Source: Candidatus Latescibacterota bacterium
GTDB taxonomy: Bacteria; Latescibacterota; UBA2968; UBA8231
Direction of reading: 5' to 3'
Length of the DNA: 64,000 nt
Assembly: GCA_965200315.1 (NCBI GenBank)
Contig: OZ241362.1
Span: forward strand, 544,001 to 608,000
In this document: positions 59,708 to 64,000 of the stretch, piece after piece
How positions within the stretch are numbered: position 1 is the first letter of the stretch
Layout: every line of letters begins with the position of its first letter
Notes under the pieces: model-generated
Databases searched by the model: none
What the model saw: the letters and a program-made list of their open reading frames with translations, nothing else
Told to the model about the DNA's origin: nothing
Position numbers and translations under genes: made by a program

Positions 59708-59965
59708 CAGCAGCGGCTCGGGATACGCGCCGCCTCAATCGACTCGTCCAATCGCGAGGGCTGGGACGACACCATCAAGGACGTGATTAACGATCAGATT
59801 GACGCCTTGCTGATAACGCCCGAACGGCTCGCTAACGACGACTTTCGCCAGAACACGTTGACGAAAATCGCAAATCATATCGGCCTGTTGGTTGTGGACG
59901 AGGCGCATTGCATCTCCGACTGGGGCCATGACTTGCGGCCTGATTACCGGCGTCTGACCAACGTT
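59708..59965 (+). pseudogene. RecQ-family helicase internal fragment
   Basis: [13 protein letters not shown]...ITPERL...[22 protein letters not shown], with neither Walker A nor C-terminus. Confidence 0.8.
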
Positions 59966-60245
59966 TCGCACGACGCTTGGCAGCTAAGCTCCAGCTTCCG
60001 TTCCGCGTACAGCCCCAGTTCGACACTTGGATGAAGCAGGCTATCGAGCAAGGAGTGGTCATCAAGAAGTTGCGGCCGGTGCGTTTTGAACTGCCCGAGC
60101 ACACTAGTTTGAAGGAGGAACAGTTGTTCTTTCCCGATCTGACTTGAACTCCCGTCGGACCGCTTGGCGGCGCGGGCGAGACGCCCTCGATCCCAGCGGT
60201 TAGAGAGACCCAACCCGGAGTTTTAAGAACGCTTCTGAATTCGCG

Positions 60246-61469
60246 CTACCGTCTTGGGATTTGCCAGTAGGTCAGCACCCGCCAACTCCATTCCAACGGG
60301 CCGTACCGGAAACGCCTCAGCAACAGCGGCGACCACCAGAGCTGGATGCCCCACACGGCGATGACAATGATGGCCTGTTGCCAGCGGTCAACGCGCCCGA
60401 ATAACCCAAATCCATGCCCATAAAAAATAGTCGTGCAGATCAGCGTCTGTGTGATGTAATTGGTAAACGCCATCCGACCCGCAGCGGCCAAGCGCATCTG
60501 TAACCCCAAAAACCAGCCGCGTCGAATCGCCAGCATAGCGAGGCCAACGTATCCAAATGCCATAGTAAGGCTACCCCAATAGCTGAATTGCGACCCCAGA
60601 AACATCGAGCGATCCCAGCTCCATCCGACCGCAAAATTCCACCATGCACCCACAGCAACAACCGGCACGCCAACACCAAACCCGACGAGCGCGAGATAGC
60701 AATAGAATACATCGCTTCGGACCGCGTTCAGGATCTGCCAGCGGTAGAGGGCCATACCCATCAGCATGATGCCCGCGGATTGCCAGAAAAGTCTGATTGG
60801 CAGGGCCGTCGTATGCATTTCCAGCGCATCGGTGCTCCGCTGCGCCTGCTGTGCGAACCATCCGCCGCGGTAAGCGAGCAACTCCGCATCAATTTGGGCC
60901 GCGTCCGGTGCCCAAAGCGCTACGATTTCCGCCACGCTTTTATCGGGGATAAACCCTGTCGTCATGCCTATTGCGATGTAGAGAGCACTCGTCCCGGAAA
61001 AGAACGCGAGGCCGCTGACCATCAGCGTACGCGGCGAGCGGTTCCAGAAAAAAAAGAGGATAGCACCGCAAAGCGCGTAAATGACCAATATATCGCCCGA
61101 CCACAGGAAATAGGCATGTACAAGGCCGAAGAGGAGCAGCCAGAACATGCGCCGGTAGTGCAAGCCGGCAGAGCGACCGCTGCGAGCCTCTACGCGATTG
61201 GTAAACAAGCAGATGCCGGCACCAAAAAGAAGCGCGAACATCGACAAAAACTTCTGGTCAACGAACAGGTAGCTAACCAGCCAAGTAAAAAAGTTGATAC
61301 CGCTGAGATCGCCGTATGCCGTGGGGTTAGAGTACGCGGCCATAGGCATTGCAAACGCCTGGATGTTCATGACCAGTATCCCAAGCACAGCAAAGCCGCG
61401 TAGCACATCCAAGCTGGCGATGCGATCTGGGGCCTCAACTGGACTATTTAGAGCGCGTTTGTTGTTCAT
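60246..61469 (-). CDS. DUF418 (YeiB-like) membrane protein
   Basis: RIASLDVLRGFAVLGIL, GRMAFTNY, FRYGPLEW.WR. Confidence 0.9.
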   Translation of the reverse strand: MNNKRALNSPVEAPDRIASLDVLRGFAVLGILVMNIQAFAMPMAAYSNPTAYGDLSGINFFTWLVSYLFVDQKFLSMFALLFGAGICLFTNRVEARSGRSAGLHYRRMFWLLLFGLVHAYFLWSGDILVIYALCGAILFFFWNRSPRTLMVSGLAFFSGTSALYIAIGMTTGFIPDKSVAEIVALWAPDAAQIDAELLAYRGGWFAQQAQRSTDALEMHTTALPIRLFWQSAGIMLMGMALYRWQILNAVRSDVFYCYLALVGFGVGVPVVAVGAWWNFAVGWSWDRSMFLGSQFSYWGSLTMAFGYVGLAMLAIRRGWFLGLQMRLAAAGRMAFTNYITQTLICTTIFYGHGFGLFGRVDRWQQAIIVIAVWGIQLWWSPLLLRRFRYGPLEWSWRVLTYWQIPRR

Positions 61470-61616
61470 ATCATCCTCTTTGAATCGTGTAGAGAGGGCA
61501 TGTGCAAGGATCAAAAACAAAAGGGCGGTCATCTCGATGAGCTAAGATGACCACCCTCGCGTTAGTGCAGCATCAAATCCTGAGCAACCAAGGCGCGGAT
61601 AAGCATTCCTCGCCTC

Positions 61617-62813
61617 TCATATCACCCCCTCAGCCCGCAACGCCTCCAACTCCCCTTCCGTCAGCCCCAAGACGCCACTTAAAATCTCCTCGGTGTGCTG
61701 CCCCAGCAAAGGCGCTGGCCCGCGCAACTCGACCGGAGTCGCAGAAAACCGCAGCGGCGAGTTAGCCACTGTTTGCCGACCCGCAACCGGATGCTCCAGC
61801 TCGACGATCATATTCCGCGCCGCCACCTGCTCGTCGCCAAACACCTGCCCTACATCGCACAACGGCCCGCTCGGCACGCCGGCCGCCGCTAGTATGGCGC
61901 ACCATTCATCAACGGTTTTCTCCGCTAGCACGCGCTCCAAAATCGGCTCCAACGCCGCGTGATTCTCCGTGCGCAGCGCATTACTGGCAAAGCGCGGATC
62001 GTCGGCCAACGCGCCGAGGTCTAGCGAGTCGCACAACTTGCGCCAGAGCCGGTCGTTGCCCGCGGCAACAACGAGGTGCCCATCGCGAGCGGCAAAAAAC
62101 TGGAAAGGCGTAATGGCCGGATGCCGCGATCCGAGCGGCCGGGGCACTTCGCCGGATACGGCATAGCGGGCGAGGGCGTTTTCCAGCAGCGCCACCTGAC
62201 AGTCGAGCATGGAGATATCGACTTGCTGCCCCTCGCCGGTGCGCTGCGCCCGCTCTAAGGCCGCGAGGATGCCAATGGCCCCAAAGAGGGCCGCGCTCAA
62301 GTCGGCGATCGACGAGCCGACCCGCACCGGCGGGCCATCGGGCTGCCCAGTGATGCTGGCCAGCCCTCCCATCGCCTGAATGAGCACGTCGTACGCGGGC
62401 CGCTGCGCGTACGGGCCGGTCTGGCCAAAGCCCGAAATCGACGCGTACACCAAGCGCGGATACAGCGCGTGCAGGTCCGCGTATCCCAACCCAAAGCGGT
62501 CCATGCTGCCGGGGCGAAAGTTCTCAATCAACACGTCGCACTCGCCGGCCAAACGCCGCGCCAAGTCCTGACCGCGCGCCTGCCGCAAGTCGATTGTCGC
62601 GCTCTTCTTGCCGCGGTTGACGCTGGCAAAGTACGCGCTCTCGCCGTTTTGGAACGGCCCGAACCCCCGCGCCTCGTCGCCCGTTTCTGGCAGCTCGACC
62701 TTGATCACCTCCGCGCCCAAGTCGGCCAACACCATGGACGCGTACGGCCCGGCCAACACCCGCGTCAAGTCGAGCACCCGCACGCCGTCCAATAAAGGTT
62801 CCATCTCAATCAC
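61617..62813 (-). CDS. CaiB/BaiF family III CoA-transferase
   Basis: LDGVRVLDL..VLAGP, DLGAEVIKVE, NRGKKS, ENFRPG, APLLGQH. Confidence 0.93.
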   Translation of the reverse strand: MIEMEPLLDGVRVLDLTRVLAGPYASMVLADLGAEVIKVELPETGDEARGFGPFQNGESAYFASVNRGKKSATIDLRQARGQDLARRLAGECDVLIENFRPGSMDRFGLGYADLHALYPRLVYASISGFGQTGPYAQRPAYDVLIQAMGGLASITGQPDGPPVRVGSSIADLSAALFGAIGILAALERAQRTGEGQQVDISMLDCQVALLENALARYAVSGEVPRPLGSRHPAITPFQFFAARDGHLVVAAGNDRLWRKLCDSLDLGALADDPRFASNALRTENHAALEPILERVLAEKTVDEWCAILAAAGVPSGPLCDVGQVFGDEQVAARNMIVELEHPVAGRQTVANSPLRFSATPVELRGPAPLLGQHTEEILSGVLGLTEGELEALRAEGVI

Positions 62814-64000
62814 CTTGGGGCGCGGCGAGCAAACCGGCCCCTTCGCCGGGCACGGCCACGGCTAGCTCCGGCTCCTCGCCTAGCTCTGTTCGCAACATAT
62901 CTGCAAACGCATCGCGGCGTTCCCCATCGACAAAAGCACGGTGGACTAGCCCGCCGATGTTGCCGCCCCAGCCAGCACCCAGCCGCTGCACGGCTCCCGC
63001 CGTTGGGCCCTCAGCAGCGAGAAACCGATTGACTACCCGCACGCTCCGATCGTAGGCCGGCGTCATCCGTCCGTAGCCCCCGGGCAAAAAGCGCAGTTGC
63101 GCTCGCTCTTCCCCGCGCTCGGCCTGCTCTACAAGCTGCGCCAAGACCTCGTCCTCGACTTCTTGGTCCAAATCGCCATCGTGCGAGATGCGGATCAGCT
63201 CCAAGGCCGTGGCCATATCGCCCGCATTGAGGTATGCGAGCATACCGGCCACCCGGTCCTGCTCGGCCAAGCCATACACACAGCGCCGGCGAATAAACAA
63301 CGGCGTGTCCTCAGATAGGAGGTGGAACTTGCCGGCGACCTCGCGCTGACACATGGCGTCGAAATGCGCCCCGACCCCGGCTGTGTGCGCTTCGGCGGCT
63401 AACTGCGCCAGCGTGGTCTGCCGCGGCATCTGGCCCAAGACCCGGTACAGCTCCGCAAGAGACAGCCCTTCGGCTGAGCTCAGGTCGAAGCCCAGCGGCT
63501 CGGGCGCAATATCCCGCAGATAGCGGATGCGCTCGCGCACCGCGCGGTCTTGGCCCAGCCGCGGCAAAATCAGCTCGCGGGCGATAAACGCGCCGAGCGG
63601 ATAGGCGATGACCGTCTCTTCCTTGACAGCCTCGTCGTACTCGCGCACAACGCCGCTGTCGAGCACTAAAGCGGCGTACTCGTCGGGCAACGCGGCCTCG
63701 CCCTGTACGCGGGCCGGAAAGACGCCGACGCCGACCAGCTTGCCCGCCCGCCCCAAGATCATCCCACCGTGATCGGCCGTGCCGCCGCGCGTACCGCGCA
63801 TCCACTCGGAGGTGCCCAACCCATCGACTAAGTCCGCTTCGGGCATATCGCGGTGCGGTACCAATTCGTGTACTCCCATCGCCGCCAACGCGGTCGCCAC
63901 AACCAGCGCCGAGGACGAGCTCATGCCCCCACTGGGCGAGACATTGCTCCACACCAGCCCGTCGAAGCCGCCCAAGGCCAAGCGCCCGCGGAAATAACTC
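62806..64000 (-). CDS. Galactokinase-like GHMP kinase, 5' end outside the window
   Basis: SNVSPSGGMSSSSA, GGTADH, RLGAGWGG. Confidence 0.8.
   Translation of the reverse strand, partial: SYFRGRLALGGFDGLVWSNVSPSGGMSSSSALVVATALAAMGVHELVPHRDMPEADLVDGLGTSEWMRGTRGGTADHGGMILGRAGKLVGVGVFPARVQGEAALPDEYAALVLDSGVVREYDEAVKEETVIAYPLGAFIARELILPRLGQDRAVRERIRYLRDIAPEPLGFDLSSAEGLSLAELYRVLGQMPRQTTLAQLAAEAHTAGVGAHFDAMCQREVAGKFHLLSEDTPLFIRRRCVYGLAEQDRVAGMLAYLNAGDMATALELIRISHDGDLDQEVEDEVLAQLVEQAERGEERAQLRFLPGGYGRMTPAYDRSVRVVNRFLAAEGPTAGAVQRLGAGWGGNIGGLVHRAFVDGERRDAFADMLRTELGEEPELAVAVPGEGAGLLAAPQGD

Overview
GC-rich bacterial chromosomal window; the gene content (Ig-repeat autotransporter, many sugar/amidohydrolase/PhyH enzymes, Uma2, REP-like palindromes) resembles FCB/PVC-type uncultured lineages, which is inference only. 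1-21 kb holds a sulfotransferase fragment, a giant Ig-repeat autotransporter with 855-bp tandem repeats, rpsT, a cysM-mec-cysO-cysK sulfur-carrier cluster, aspS, phoH-pgpH-ybeY-corC, tRNA-fMet and lnt. 21-37 kb is catabolic and oxidoreductase genes with several pseudogene scars. 37.9-58.3 kb is a complete type III-B CRISPR-Cas locus: cas10/cmr2, cmr3, cmr4, cmr5, a cmr6-cmr1 fusion, a Uma2 nuclease, an APE2256-type CARF protein with a DUF2103-like C-terminal domain, cas1, cas2, an array of about 110 spacers and a distal cas6. The most striking signal is in the spacers. Many crRNAs are antisense to ribosome-binding sites and start codons, and several independent spacers hit sequence variants of the same unknown gene start (MTTF[Q/V][Y/L]P..QQ) and its leader. 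One spacer covers the start of a Csx16-like gene. The window ends with a P450, a RecQ remnant, a DUF418 gene, a CoA-transferase and a partial GHMP kinase.
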